This document shows positions 14,201-26,280 of a DNA stretch of 64,000 nt, piece after piece. This DNA is from Anthoceros angustus. Lineage: Eukaryota; Plantae; Anthocerotophyta. The stretch spans positions 3,435,478 to 3,499,477 of the forward strand of contig MU008158.1 of the NCBI GenBank assembly GCA_010909165.1. Direction: 5' to 3'. How positions within the stretch are numbered: position 1 is the stretch's first letter; every line of letters begins with the position of its first letter. Made by a program: the position numbers and the translations under genes. The notes below the pieces were generated by a model that did no database searches, was not told the DNA's origin, and was given only the letters and a program-made list of their open reading frames with translations.

Positions 14201-16110
14201 AAGGTGTAATCAATCACATTCTCATTAACGAAATTGTACTCAATATCCAGCACCAAACCAAAACAGTAAACAGATTACACAGCCGGATTACATAACATGC
14301 CTACCATCTTATCTTCATTCTTAGATTTAGGATTGAAGGGAAAACTTGACTTACAATGCCTGCATGCTCGGGCTCAGGCACTTGACCTCCAGCATGGCCA
14401 TTGACACCATTCTTCCAACTTGGACTGCTAGAACCAGAATTAGTGGCTCCATCTGGAAGCAAGTCAGAGCAATACCGAGACAACGTCTTATATCCCATAT
14501 CACCGAGTGTCACGATCCCAGCAGCAATGTGCTTACTGGACTCTTTGGCATAGTGTGCAACCAAGCTACCACCAGCAGGTGAAGTGGATGGGCTCACACC
14601 AGGAGATGATGTGAGGTGTTGAGGTGAGACTCTTCCCGTGGTGGCCATAAGAGGTTGATTAGCCGCATATGCCAGCCATCTCGGCCCCACTGCCATTGCA
14701 CCATGAGCATTATATGCTGACCCCCCTCCAAGGTGAGATATAGGATATGTCAACACACTGAAAATATTCTGAAGAGTCACTGCATCAAAGCAGTAAATCT
14801 GCAGCCACCGAAGAACACAAAAGTGAGAGACAATTGATGAACACACATACCAAACAGGTTCAATAAGAACAGTAGGCTCCCACCTGGGCATGAAGAGCAA
14901 CAGCAACCACTCGTGAGCTGCAACGGACAGCACAAATGGTGCTTCTGAATCGTAACACATGGACATATGCATGTGTACGCAAGGAATAGAAGCGAACAAC
15001 AGTAGGAAACATAGGGCCATTCCCTCCTCCTGGTGGACTTCCCACACCCCCTCCATACCCTCCAGGAAACCCTCCTGGAACAGCGGTGACACTGTTAGAG
15101 GCATCCCCCGTGACGACCAATAACAAGGGACGTGCTGCTTTCAGCCCCCCCTCGCCAACCTCTTGAACATAAGGCTGTAGGCGTAGGAATGCAACCGGGC
15201 CATCTCGCCGAGAAAGTAGCTCCCGAACATTGTTTGCCTCTTCCACATCCCATACTTGGAAGCCATTCACATAGGTAAGCAGCAATACGCGCCGGGACTG
15301 TGAGGATCCAGTTTCCAGTGAATCAAAACCTGCCCACTGAACCTGCCAGCACATGGAACGAAAATGAGAAAAGAGATCATTTCAAAAAGATTATTTGGTG
15401 ACATTGTCAACATTAGCTTGTCTGGGTGTTGGAAAACAAGTGCACTTGTCGCTTCTGACAGCCTCGTTCCCACGATAAAAACAAGCAAGACATATTTGAC
15501 AATTAGGGTTTCTTGAAAAAAAAAAGGACAATCCTCATGAATTGGGGGAGCCTCAGAAAGCAGTCAAGCGAAACTCAGACAGTTAAATGCCCCTGCATGG
15601 TCCTACCATGAACAATCTCAACTGTCCTGGAGCATACTGCTTCGGCCTCTATACACAGTGAGTCTAGAACTGGAGAAGAATGTCACGCAACAGAAGGCGA
15701 CATGACACGACGATTCTGAATCAAACTACGGAACATTCCAGCAGCATATCCTCAAAATCTGCAAGCGTAAGACCCAAAGTCCGAAGTTTGCAACTACGGA
15801 ATTCAAGTCCAGCTGCTGCAACCTGCAGTCCAATCATGTTAAGTGCAGAGGGACAAACTAGCGCGGACACTAAATTACGGGAGCAATTACGAGTGCGCAG
15901 TACCTGCTCTCGCTGCCTCTCATCTTCCGCCGAAGACACAGTAGATGCAACAGTTGCTCCTGCGGATCGCACAGTAGAGGCGATGGTGCTGGCGTTTGCT
16001 GACACGCTGCGCCAGTAGGTTGAAATTGTCCGGAGTGATGAAGGGAAGAAGCTACCACGGCCTGTGCCCCCTCTGGGACTGCGAGCATGCAAAGCAGCAT
16101 CGTTCCTCAT
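11224..16110 (-). CDS. ATG18: Autophagy-related protein 18 f/g/h-like (WD40 + BCAS3 domain), multi-exon
   Basis: SSLRTISTYWRSVSANASTIAS; QVQWAGFD...LLLTYVNGFQVWDVEEANNVRELLSRRDGPVAFL; MAVGPRWLAYA; HFRAHTSPLSALAFDPSGTLLVTASIHG; HLYKLSRG; SNAEVQMH; EIETFPTKVIEVRRKDLVPV; MFPFCEEG. The true stop may lie in a further short exon after a donor near 11259. Confidence 0.92.
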
Positions 16111-17461
16111 CCCACTGGCTTGCCTTGTCAAGTTGGTGCTTACGCATGCCCAGGCTGTTTGTATGAGCCCTACAAACAGCCCCACCAATTCACACGGGAA
16201 TCTGCAAACTTTTGGTTTCCCGGCCTGCGACCATGAAAACGCCTTGCGCCTTCATGGCGTATGGGGAACGAGGATCAGCCTCATATGAGCACACGCAACG
16301 ACATCTCGCTGTGAATTCCGCCTCAAAAACGTCGCGTCGCAGCGGGCCAGGCCGTACACCAAACTTGCACTTATACGGCTCTTCTCTGGCACTTCGTGTC
16401 TTCACGCTCGTTCGTGAGTTTTGACTTGACAACGCCTTTTAAAGCACCCCACAGACTTCCTTTGCAAGTCATTCTCACCTTGCCCGATTACCCTTGCTTT
16501 CTCCTCAGTATGTGCAGGGTATATTTTTTATGCCGCTCCTTTCGATTTCGCATGTATGTACTTTTCAACCTGCTGTTTCAATTACGTAAACACTTTTCAA
16601 TTTGACATGTATGGCTAACTTCTAGAATATTTTATTTATTTTTAAATTTTACTTATTATTAATCGATTTAATTTAATTTGATTTGATTATCAAAGTTGGT
16701 GTGTAGGAAGAAGAAAGTTTTTCCCTTCATATACTTATCACTCCTCTCATTACAATGTTGTAGGGTAATGCTGAATACGAAAGACGGCTCTGTGTTTGAA
16801 CCATAAGGCAAGGGCCTTTCGAGCTTGGCTTGAGGTGAATAACCTCAAAGGGATGCCAAGAATCTTCGAGCTCCTTGCTAGTATGCATACCCAAAAGTTG
16901 CAAAGTTTCTTTTGGTGCGAATGTATGTATTTTAGTGGGAAAAGTTGCAAAATTCTCTAAACTACACTGAACAAAGGATATATAGCCTATTCAATTTAAT
17001 TCAATTGAATAAAAGTGGTCTCATGCACACAACTCCCCTGACATTCGTTGATAGCTATTTAAATATATCCTTTGCAAGACATATCTTGTACATACAATTC
17101 TAGGTAGAACAGATCCCACATCTGTGGACATCCTAGTTCTCGAGATGGATTTTGAAAATTTTCACTTGTTAAACAATTCAAGATTTTAGAGAACAGCGTA
17201 TGAGTTGCAAGATATGCTAGCCCAATACGTTCGAATGATTAGTAAATAAATAATAAAGAGTAAATAGATCAATAAGCAGGAACAAAAAATGAGTGTTAGA
17301 TAGATTAGAAATTATGATGAATTAATAATGGTTAAGCGGGGTTTTGAGTTAAATATAAATTGAACATGTGTAATGGCCCTCATATACATTGCGTAATGGC
17401 GTGTCACTCAGGGCGGACCTTTTTTATACTAGGGGGAGTAAATTTACATCGCTAATGTGGT

Positions 17462-18982
17462 TGTCACGGATCCCACGAGAGACTCTATATGCGAGCACGT
17501 CATCATCAACCTCCTAGGCTGGGCGGCGGAAGGATGCGCAACCAGCAAGACTCACAAGTACTCTCCTATGTAAGACGGCCATGTTTTCATCCCCCTCGCC
17601 CTTGAGACTCATGAGGCTATGTGCAAGTACTTCTCTAGGTTAATTAATGAGTGTTCAAAAGCCTATCATAACCACAGGATTTGGAGGGGCCTCCCCCTTT
17701 TCTTTAATGGTGGCTTTCTTTCGCCGGGGGTTTCCATAGCTCTGCAGAAAGCGCTGGCTAACGCTGTTTATAGGACGGCTACGTACGCAGGACTAGCGGC
17801 TTCTTCGGCTCTGGTGGTAGGTAGGCCCTTATCATCCCTGATCACGATATCATTGGTGCAGTAGGTAGTTACGGGAAAGGCATTCGAGAGGACTAGGACT
17901 TTCCTTTTTACTATTAGCCCTTTTTGGGTTGTTGTGGAACATAAAAGTTTGGGCACTCCTATTTTTTGAATCAAAAAGGATCAAACTAGAGCAAAACTGG
18001 AGCAGAGCTGAAGCAAACGGGAGAAGTGGAAGAGAATTGTCAGAAGATCTTGAGGCAATTTGTTGGAGAATGAGGAGTAGAGGGTGAAGGCAACTAAGCC
18101 AAGGAAGTAGCTTGAGGTTGCTGCACAAGCAGCTGTTGATAGGCTTGCAGAGGCAAAGGCTTGATATTTGGGGACCACCACCAAGTTTGAGGGGAAGGCA
18201 AAGTAACTTGCCGCACGTGTGGAAGAAGTGAGACATGGGTAGGTGCTCATATTGCTGAGATTTTGCAGTAAGGAGGACTGTTAGGTAGAGATGTGTGGCA
18301 AGGGTTGCTGCAGGAAGATGGGCCAAGTGCCCGTAATAGTGGAATTGTGCATGATCTATTGCAGGGCTCTAGGTTGGGAGCTCAGCATGCGAGAGAGGAG
18401 CAGCAATCGGTGCAAGGATGGGAGCGAGGAGCTCATGTTCAGGGTGATCAGCCACAAGAGGAGGCCATGGCGGTGCCGAGGCACGTGGAAATGCTCTCCG
18501 TGGAGTCAAGATGTGAGGATGGCATGATAGGGCCATGTGTTGAACTAGGAAAGGCCGTGGTAGAGCACTCACGGCAGGCTGAATTTGTAGCTGGGCTGCA
18601 AGATGGAGGTGTGGCAAAACCACAGAAGGCGTGTGCGGTGGGGCAACATGGTGAAGGAATCACAACGGGGTGTGCATCATGACCGCAGAATTTGCAGTGG
18701 GGCTGCAAGTCAAAGTGAAGGGAGGCCGTTGTGGTGGCCGCGATGAGAATTGGGCAACAAGGAGGGTTGATACGAGATGTTGGTGAGGCGTGAGGAGTTC
18801 ACTAGGGAATAAGTCCAATTTATTCATATTGAGTGTTGCGCACAACCAACTTGGGTGTGTTGGACAATGAAGCCTAAGAACTCTAAAACACCCAACTGGA
18901 CAATGAAGACTAAGAACTCTAAAGTTAAGCACCCTAGGGGTAGATCAATGTTGAGATGGGGTGCCTTTTGTGTAAGGTGTTT
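17462..18982 (+). mobile_element. Old degenerate transposon-derived sequence (continues at 24198-24609 once the nested insertion is removed)
   Basis: Stop-riddled coiled-coil-like reading at ~17980-18250 (EVAAQAAVDRLAEAKA*...), a 36-bp repeat at ~18862-18925, and LTR-like words TGTCAC (17462) and GTGACA (24609) without a matching TSD. Confidence 0.45.
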
Positions 18983-21900
18983 TGTGGCACGACTTTCGCT
19001 GACGGCCAGCCAGGCGCGCACAATCCCGTGTCGTTGTAGGAAGGAGTCCGTTCCCAAGGGAATGATAGGCTCCGTTTGCCGCGTTTCAGACGATTCTTAC
19101 TTCACTTTGCGTCCGTTCAGTCTCAACGCACACATTCATCAGTTCGCATCTAACTACTCGCAACGTTCACCGCACAGGCCCGGTGTGGCCAAACGTTTAG
19201 GGACCCGTTCGCGTCCGTATCGTTCACGTTCGTCACTTGCACCTCTAGTCCGTTCTCTCTCACACTACACTCATCAGCCTTAGGGAAAAACGCGGGGGCT
19301 ACACAGTCCGGACCTCCTCCGTCGTTCTGCCGGGCCTCTCCGTCCGGGCTCTACACGCCCTCCCGGAGTTCCTCCGGCTCACACGTTCCGGTCCGTTCGG
19401 CCGGCTGCTGCGGACGAACACGGGTCCCCAGTCACCCTTCCTGCACACACCACCACACGTTAGGGTCCGTCACCAGAACCTTGATCAGTCTCTCCGGGTA
19501 TCGTGCACCTTTCGATGACTCGGGACTCACGTTAGCAAGAAGACGACAAGTGCGCAGAGCGGCATCAACACCAAGAGAAGATACTTTACTTAGGCGACCT
19601 CGGCCCTCTTATACTACGCCGAAGGTCGGCGCCTTTATTACACCCTATTACGGGCGGTGGCTCTAGGTTGGGAGCTCGGTCGCCCTAATCGGCCGCCTAC
19701 CATCCTATTCCTCCCCTCCTATCTCCTTCGTCGGCGGTGGGGCTGGGAAGGTCCCGGGTTCCGCCTCGGGATTGGTGGTCCAATCTCCCGGCGATTGCGG
19801 CGCAATCGGATGATCCGGCGGACCCCTTCCTCTTCCGGAATCACAGCCGGGTTGGGCTCGGCGGTCGGCGACCGTTACCTGTCGTCCCCACAGCCCCGGT
19901 GGGTCCCCTTCGGTGGGGGCCACCCTATGCTCCCCAGCGTAAGTCGGAGGGACTCCTCCTTACTTCTGAGTCGGACCTCGAGGTCCGGCCTCGACCCGAG
20001 TCGGAACTTGAGTCGCCCCTTAGTCGGTCTGGGTCCGGTCTCATCTGGGGTTCGGACCTCGGTCCGAACTTATTCAGTCCGGTCCCAAGCTCGGACCCCT
20101 TCGCGGACCTCTTACTGCTAGGTCCTCATCCCTTCCCACCGACCCTTGTCTTGGGTCGGTTTGGCTTCCTCCTTCCGCTCCCCCTTCAAGGCCGCCGCCT
20201 CTATCTTCCCGAGCAGGTTGCAGCGGACTTACCCTGGGATTCGTTGTATTGGCCGCGTCCTGCTCCTCCTGATGCTCTTCTCCCCCGCTACCGTCGTCTC
20301 CAAACAGGGCCACTAGAGTCCCCGTGCTGTCCCCATGCCCTTCATCCCCTTCTGAGCCTTCCAGGGGTCCGTCTATTTGTAGCGGGGAGGCTTCAATGCT
20401 TAAGGAGCTCGGCGTGGTAATAGGCAAAGTCCGAATCAACTTCTTTGGATTGCCTCTTCCACGTGTGCGGAGCACCGATACTCCCTTGGTGCTCGGGAGG
20501 TGGCGTCTTTGCCCCTTGTTGGACCACCTCCCTGCCGGGTTTGGGTGGGCGGGCCGTATCACGCGAGGCTACAAGCGCCTCGGTCACCTCACCGCTTGTT
20601 GTTGCTCACTTTGCTCCGGCTCCGTCGTTTCGCTCGTTGCTAGCTTACCGCCATAGCGCGCTCCTTCCGCCTTTCTTAAGCGGACGGCGGCTTCTTTTAC
20701 CGTCCAGTGCTCTCGCTCCTCCGTTCATTCTGGCCGTTAACTCCGCCATCTCCCTCTCCAGGCGGTCGGGCAACTCTGCCCGATTGCGGGCCTCGCCCAG
20801 GTCCTTCTCCATTTCGGCGACGTCCTGCTCCCTGTTCCATCGCCTTACTTCCTCCGTCCGCCAACAGAGCTGGAGCCGCTCTATTTCTCGTTCGTGATCC
20901 GCGATCACGCCCTGCAGATTACCATTCCTCTCAATGGTAACTTGGAGCTGCAGCTCCAGAGTCTCCTTGCGGTCTTCCATCTCCTGCCGCTGGCGCTCCA
21001 CCTCACGCAACTGAGACCGGAGATCCTCCATCTCCTTGCCGCGTGCTTCCTCCTCCTCGGCATGGCTGGCCCGTACCTGCTCCGCCGCCTCCTGCTCCTT
21101 CTTCAGGTTAGCCGCAGCTATCCCTGCCGTCTCCCTCCACCGGTTCCGATCACGCCGATAGTGATCACGATCGGTCTTAGCGGCGACCGCCTCCCCTTCA
21201 AGGCCCCGCCTCCTCGCCTCCTCCTTGGCGTTAGTCGGTAAGGCCGCCTCCGCCAGGTCACGAGCCTTCTCCGCTTGCGCCCGGGCCTCCTCTGCCTCCT
21301 GCTGCGCTACTCCTCTCCGCCTGCAGAGGTCTTCAGCCCGTGCTTGGGCCTCCTCTGTGCTGTTGCTCACCCGGTGAAGGAATTTAGTCAGTCTGTCGGA
21401 TGGACGGACTTCCCTCTCGGCCTCCTGCGTTTCCCTTCTTGATGCGGCCGAGCTTGGCCTCCTCCTTGCCTCTGGGCCGCCTCCAACCGCCTCCTCGGAG
21501 GAGCACCATCGCCTCGGGTGGCTTCTACTTCACAGGTCTTCTCGGCATCCCGAGACCCCAAAGCATACCGTCCATGACGGTAGCTGTGACCCCGTGTTTC
21601 TTCCACGGCCGCCACCGTGAGACCCCACAAAGTCCGTAGTGGGAGGCGGGCATTTCACGGTCCGCCAAGGACCTCCATACATGATCCGGAGTAAGTCGGG
21701 GGTTCTCGGACCTAATCGGGGCCCTTAGGTCTGAGTCTTGGCTCGAGCTTCACCCTCCTTGGCCCTCTTGGCGTTCCTTATTTGCCCTCTTCGTCACAGG
21801 GCTCGGAGGGTGAGGGGTCGGGAGCTAGCCCTTTTGCCCTCTTCGTCACAGGGCTCGGAGGGTGAGGGGTCGGCCCCCACCTCGGGCGCCCGCTCGATCT

Positions 21901-24192
21901 CTCCCTCCTTGGCGGCGTCCCTTCGCCCTCCTTACGCCTCTTGACCTCTTGCCACTCAGGTGGGCGGGGGAGACGAGCCGTCCCGAGGTCTTTGCGTTGT
22001 AGCATCTTGCGCCTCTTCGGTTCCCGAGTCCGGGCAACTCTGCCCGTGCGGGCCTCTGGGCCGCCTCCTCGCCTCCGCTCATTCCGCCGCCTCCTCGTTC
22101 CCTCCTGCTGCGTTGATTGCTCCGGAGGAGGCACCAGGAGAAGGGAAGCGGGGATTTCTTCCCATACTTCCCTGGGTGGTGAGGGGGTCCGTTCCAGACG
22201 TATGGAGTCCGGAATCCCTCGATCGTCCTCCTCCGGGTCCGTTTGGCCTTAGGGGTGGCCCCCACCTCGGGCGCCCTTGCACGCCTCCGCTTCCTCCGGC
22301 CGGGCGCCGCTCGATCTCTCCCTCCTTGAGCTCGAAATGTCCCCATACATGGATCGGTATGGGGCGGTCCAATGAGGCTTCTCGCTCCTCGGCTGCGGGC
22401 CTCTGGGCGCAGGCGAAGATAATCCTTCCCAGTCGCCCTCTTCCCAGCGCGCATGCGGGAACACCAACAAATTATCACCAAGGTGATCCACCTTGGTGAG
22501 CAAGTTCCAATGGACAATAATCGGGCTCGGCCTTACTCGGCATCCGGCGGTCGATATCAACCACCGTTGGTTGTCCTGCGTTCGAGCCTCGGCATCCTTG
22601 TTGCGGCCCTATCTTTCCCTTCGCCTTGAGGGGCTCTGGGACTACGCCCCCATCTTCCTCCTTTGGGCGGTTGTAGGCCGCCCTCAGGACCTCCAAGGTC
22701 CATCGCCTGAGATCCTCCCGGAGGTTCTTGGACCGAACCTCCTTGTTGGCCGCCAACATCTTCCGGGCGAACTCCCGGACGGTGACATCAAGCGTCCGAC
22801 TGGAACACGTCTAAGTGCCACTCCTCGACTAATCCTCCCGCTTCCTCCAGCCAGGGCCCAAAGTCCGGATAGCGCCGGGTCACAATGTTGCGCTCTACGG
22901 GTTCCATGGCTCCCGGACCTCCGCAGCCTTTTGGGTGCCATCGCCTTCTTCTCCCCCCTTCTTTGGCGCTGGCGGCGGAGTCGCGGCACGATCGCCCTCT
23001 TCCCCTAGCATGCGGGAACACCGGCAAATTATCACCAAGGTGATCCACCTTGGTGAGCGTGTTCCAATGGACAATGATCAGACTCTGACCCTTACTCGGT
23101 ATCCGGCGGTCGATATCAACCGGCCGTTGGTTGTCCTGCGTTCGAGCCTCGGCATCGCCCTGCGGCCTCTATCTTTCGCCTTGAGGGGCTGCGGGACTCG
23201 CCCCCATCTTCCTCCTTTGGGCGGTTGTAGGCCGCCTCGGGACCTCAAGGTCCATCGCCTGGGATCCTCCCGGAGGTTCTTGGACCGAACCTCCTTGTTG
23301 GCCGCCGCCAACATCTTCCGGGCGAACTCCCGGACCAGAGTGACACTGTCAAACGTCCAGACAGCCTGGAACACGTCTAAGTGCCACTCCTCGACTAATC
23401 CTCCCGCTTCCTCCAGCCAGGGCCCAAAGTCCGGATAGCGCCGGGTCACAATGTTGCGCTCTACCAGGTTCCATGGCTCCCAGACCTCCGCAGCCTTTTT
23501 GGGTGCCATCGCCTTCTTCTCCCTTCGTTGCTGTAGCTGCTGGCCGGAGTCCGCTGGCACGATGCGCCCTCTTCGCCGCGTTCGCTGCTCCAACCCCGAC
23601 GGTGAGCCGCGAAGATGCTGGCGTTCAAAGAGATAGCGCCAGAGAGCCGGGTTGCGGGCGCAAGCTGCGAGGTGTCTCGAGGCGCGGGACCTCCTCGTCG
23701 GCGCCGTTGGAAGTAACCGGGGCGGAAGGCGCCTCTTCCACTGTCGTAGCGCGATGCGCGCACTCGACCTTACGCCCGCTTACTCGACCTTACGCGCGTA
23801 CTGCGGCCTTCGCCGCGGCGTGAATACCGCTATAACGGCCTCCGCCGCCCGGCCTCGCTGCATGCCCGACCTCCACTCAGGGCCGTCCACGTGGCGCCGC
23901 TAAGTCTGTCCTCACGACTCAACTTCTAAGTTACTTTCCCTGGCGTACTTATCCTGTTTTGACCCGGAGTGGGGTCCGGACTTATCCCGTTACACCGGGC
24001 GTGGTCCGGATCTCGCCATAGTGGTACCGGGGTCCGTTACCCACTCCGGAGTCCGATGTATACTCCGGAGTCCAGTCCGGAGCGCCATCCGTGCTTATTC
24101 CTGCTGTTCCGCCTTATTTTACTATTCCAACCTACCAAAAAAAACTAAACCCCACCTAATTCCTACCCCCCAAGGGAAGTCCATAGTCCACA
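18983..24192 (-). mobile_element. Copy A (5210 bp) of a TG...CA-bounded, ORF-carrying element (putative giant solo LTR)
   Basis: Ends TGTGG (18983) and CCACA (24192), flanked by the TSD TGTTT (18978-18982 / 24193-24197). Homologous end to end, in inverted orientation, to 25577-30343. Frameshifted ORF starts MAPKKAAEVWEPW at ~23509. Confidence 0.9.
22451..23575. repeat. ~557-bp internal tandem duplication in copy A covering the ORF start and N-terminal domain
   Basis: GCATGCGGGAACACC...AAATTATCACCAAGG recurs at 22451 and 23008. Both units encode VERNIVTRRYPDFGPWLEEAGGLVEEWHLDVFQ. Confidence 0.85.
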
Positions 24193-24211
24193 TGTTTCAA
24201 CTTGTTATATT

Positions 24212-24387
24212 TGCAGAAGTCACATGGGAGCTAATTGGGAGAGTGTTTAGGTGGTGCAGAAGTCACATGGGAGCTAATTGGGAGAGTGTTTAGGTGGTGC
24301 AGAAGTCACATGGGAGCTAATTGGGAGAGTGTTTAGGTGGTGCACAAGTCACATGGGAGCTAATTGGGAGAGTGTTTAGGTGGTGCA
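24212..24387. repeat. 43-bp minisatellite x4
   Basis: AGAAGTCACATGGGAGCTAATTGGGAGAGTGTTTAGGTGGTGC at 24215, 24258, 24301 and 24344 (last copy with one mismatch). Confidence 0.95.
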
Positions 24388-26280
24388 CCCTACGCAGAGC
24401 AGGTACATGGACAGGTTAAGGTGACAAGGGTGACCCTATATAAGTAGGGCAGGGGTCCCTGCATGTACGTATGTGGGTAGGACGACACCTTGTAGGTAGT
24501 AAGTAGGGAGTAAGTAGGGGGAGCGCTTTACATGTGGACGGGTAGAGACATGTAGGACGTAGGGAGTGGAGAGGTCTCCCTACGTGGGCAGCGGAAGTGG
24601 GGTGTGACACCCTACTTGGATACCTTGGGAAGCAAATTTTCCATATTAGGCAGGTTCCAACCTAGGAAGTTGCTAAAGAGGATTGCATATGCAAGGTACA
24701 AACCTAGGAAGTTGTTAAAAAGGACGGTATAAATAGAATATATTAGAAATAATAGAACATAAATATGTAAGGTAGGTAGTGTAGGGTGCTTTTAACATGT
24801 AGGGCTGCTAAATAGAGGACGGTGGAAATGGTGCCACATGGCAAGGAATCAACGGCCTATATCAAGGAGTTTCACTGTCACTACCAAGGGCCATGCAAGC
24901 TGGGTGTGTAGGGAGTAGCACCCGGGAAGCCTGCGAGGAATCGCGAGGAAGAGCTTGTGCATGCAAAGGGAAGCTAGGGCAAGGACTTGGTGAGAACGCG
25001 GTGCTCATGTGTGTGCAAGGAGAAGGAAGGATGGGCCTTGGAGAATAGAGGGATGCGAGAACAAGTCCGACAATTGGTGTATGCCGTGGCGATGGCCAAG
25101 AAGGATGTAAAGGAGGTCCAGGGCCTTGCGAAGACTAAGGATGACTTATTAAATGGTAAGGACCTCGAGGTAGGAGAATTGAGAAGGGAGAAGGAGACCC
25201 TACAAGAGTCATGGGACTCCCTCCAAACAGAGTTAGAAGAAGCCAAGGGGGCTATGAGTGAAGCTAATCGTAAGGCCTCACAAGAGGAAGAGAGTCGCAA
25301 GAAAGCTGAAGACATGGTACGTCGCTTGATGGTTGTGCGCAAGAGAAGGTTCAGAGCCGATCATGCCTTGCAAAAGAGGATGTTGAGGCGCGTCCATGAT
25401 ACGGAGAAGAAGTATCACGCTATGTCCATACAAGTGGGGCAGTTGGCTATGGAAAGGGAGGCTTTGCAAGTGAAGTGTGGGACGGGCGAGTGGCCTGCAG
25501 ACTTGGAAGATTTGAAGAACAAATATCGCAACCTACAGGTTAATTCGGCCAATAGACTGGCTAGGATCAAGGCTGATGTGGACCACAGATCCTCCCCGGG
25601 GGTAGGGAATGAGTTAGTTTTTGTTTTTTTTCGTAGGTAGGGAGTGCAAAATAAGGCGGAAAGGAAGAAATAAGCCCGAACTACTCCGGACTGTACTCCA
25701 GACTGCACCCCGGAGTAAGGACTCCGGAGTAGGTGGAAGGACTTCGAAGCACACTTAGGAGGAGGACCGGACAACGCACCGGAGTATTGGGATAAGTCCG
25801 GGCCACACTCCGTGGCAGGACGGGATAAGTACGCCAAGTAAAGTAACTTAGAAGTTGGAGCGTGATTTAGGCACGGCCACGTGGGCGGTCGAGTGGTGGC
25901 GGGCATGTAGCGGACCCAGACCTTGAGTTGCCAGGCGGGGTCCGGTATTCACGCCCGTACAGTTTGCGTGAGGCTTAGAGTATCGTGGCGAAACTTAGAG
26001 TAAGCGGCGTAAGGGCGGTGGCGGGCGTAAGGTGGGAGTAGGCCATGCGACCTCAGCGATTCTGGCGGGACACCCTTCCGCCTCCGCGACTACTCCCGAC
26101 GCCGCAACCTCGGAGGAAGACCATTTCTCTTTGCGACCTGCAACGATTTTCGCGGCTCGCCGCCATGGCGCTATCTCTTGGCGCTGGTACCTTCTCGCAG
26201 CTCACCTTCGTGGTTGGGCGGCGCGGGAGAAGAGGAGCGGAGCGGATTGCGCCGAGCGGCGGAGCAAGAAGAAGGCGGTG

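Noticed and set aside
24212-24387. CRISPR-like array
   Set aside because: The 43-bp units are contiguous with no unique spacers, there are no cas genes, and the context is eukaryotic.
17462-24609. An outer solo LTR bounded by TGTCAC...GTGACA
   Set aside because: The flanks GTGGT and CCCTA are not a TSD, and no PBS or PPT confirms the ends. Kept only as a degenerate TE segment.
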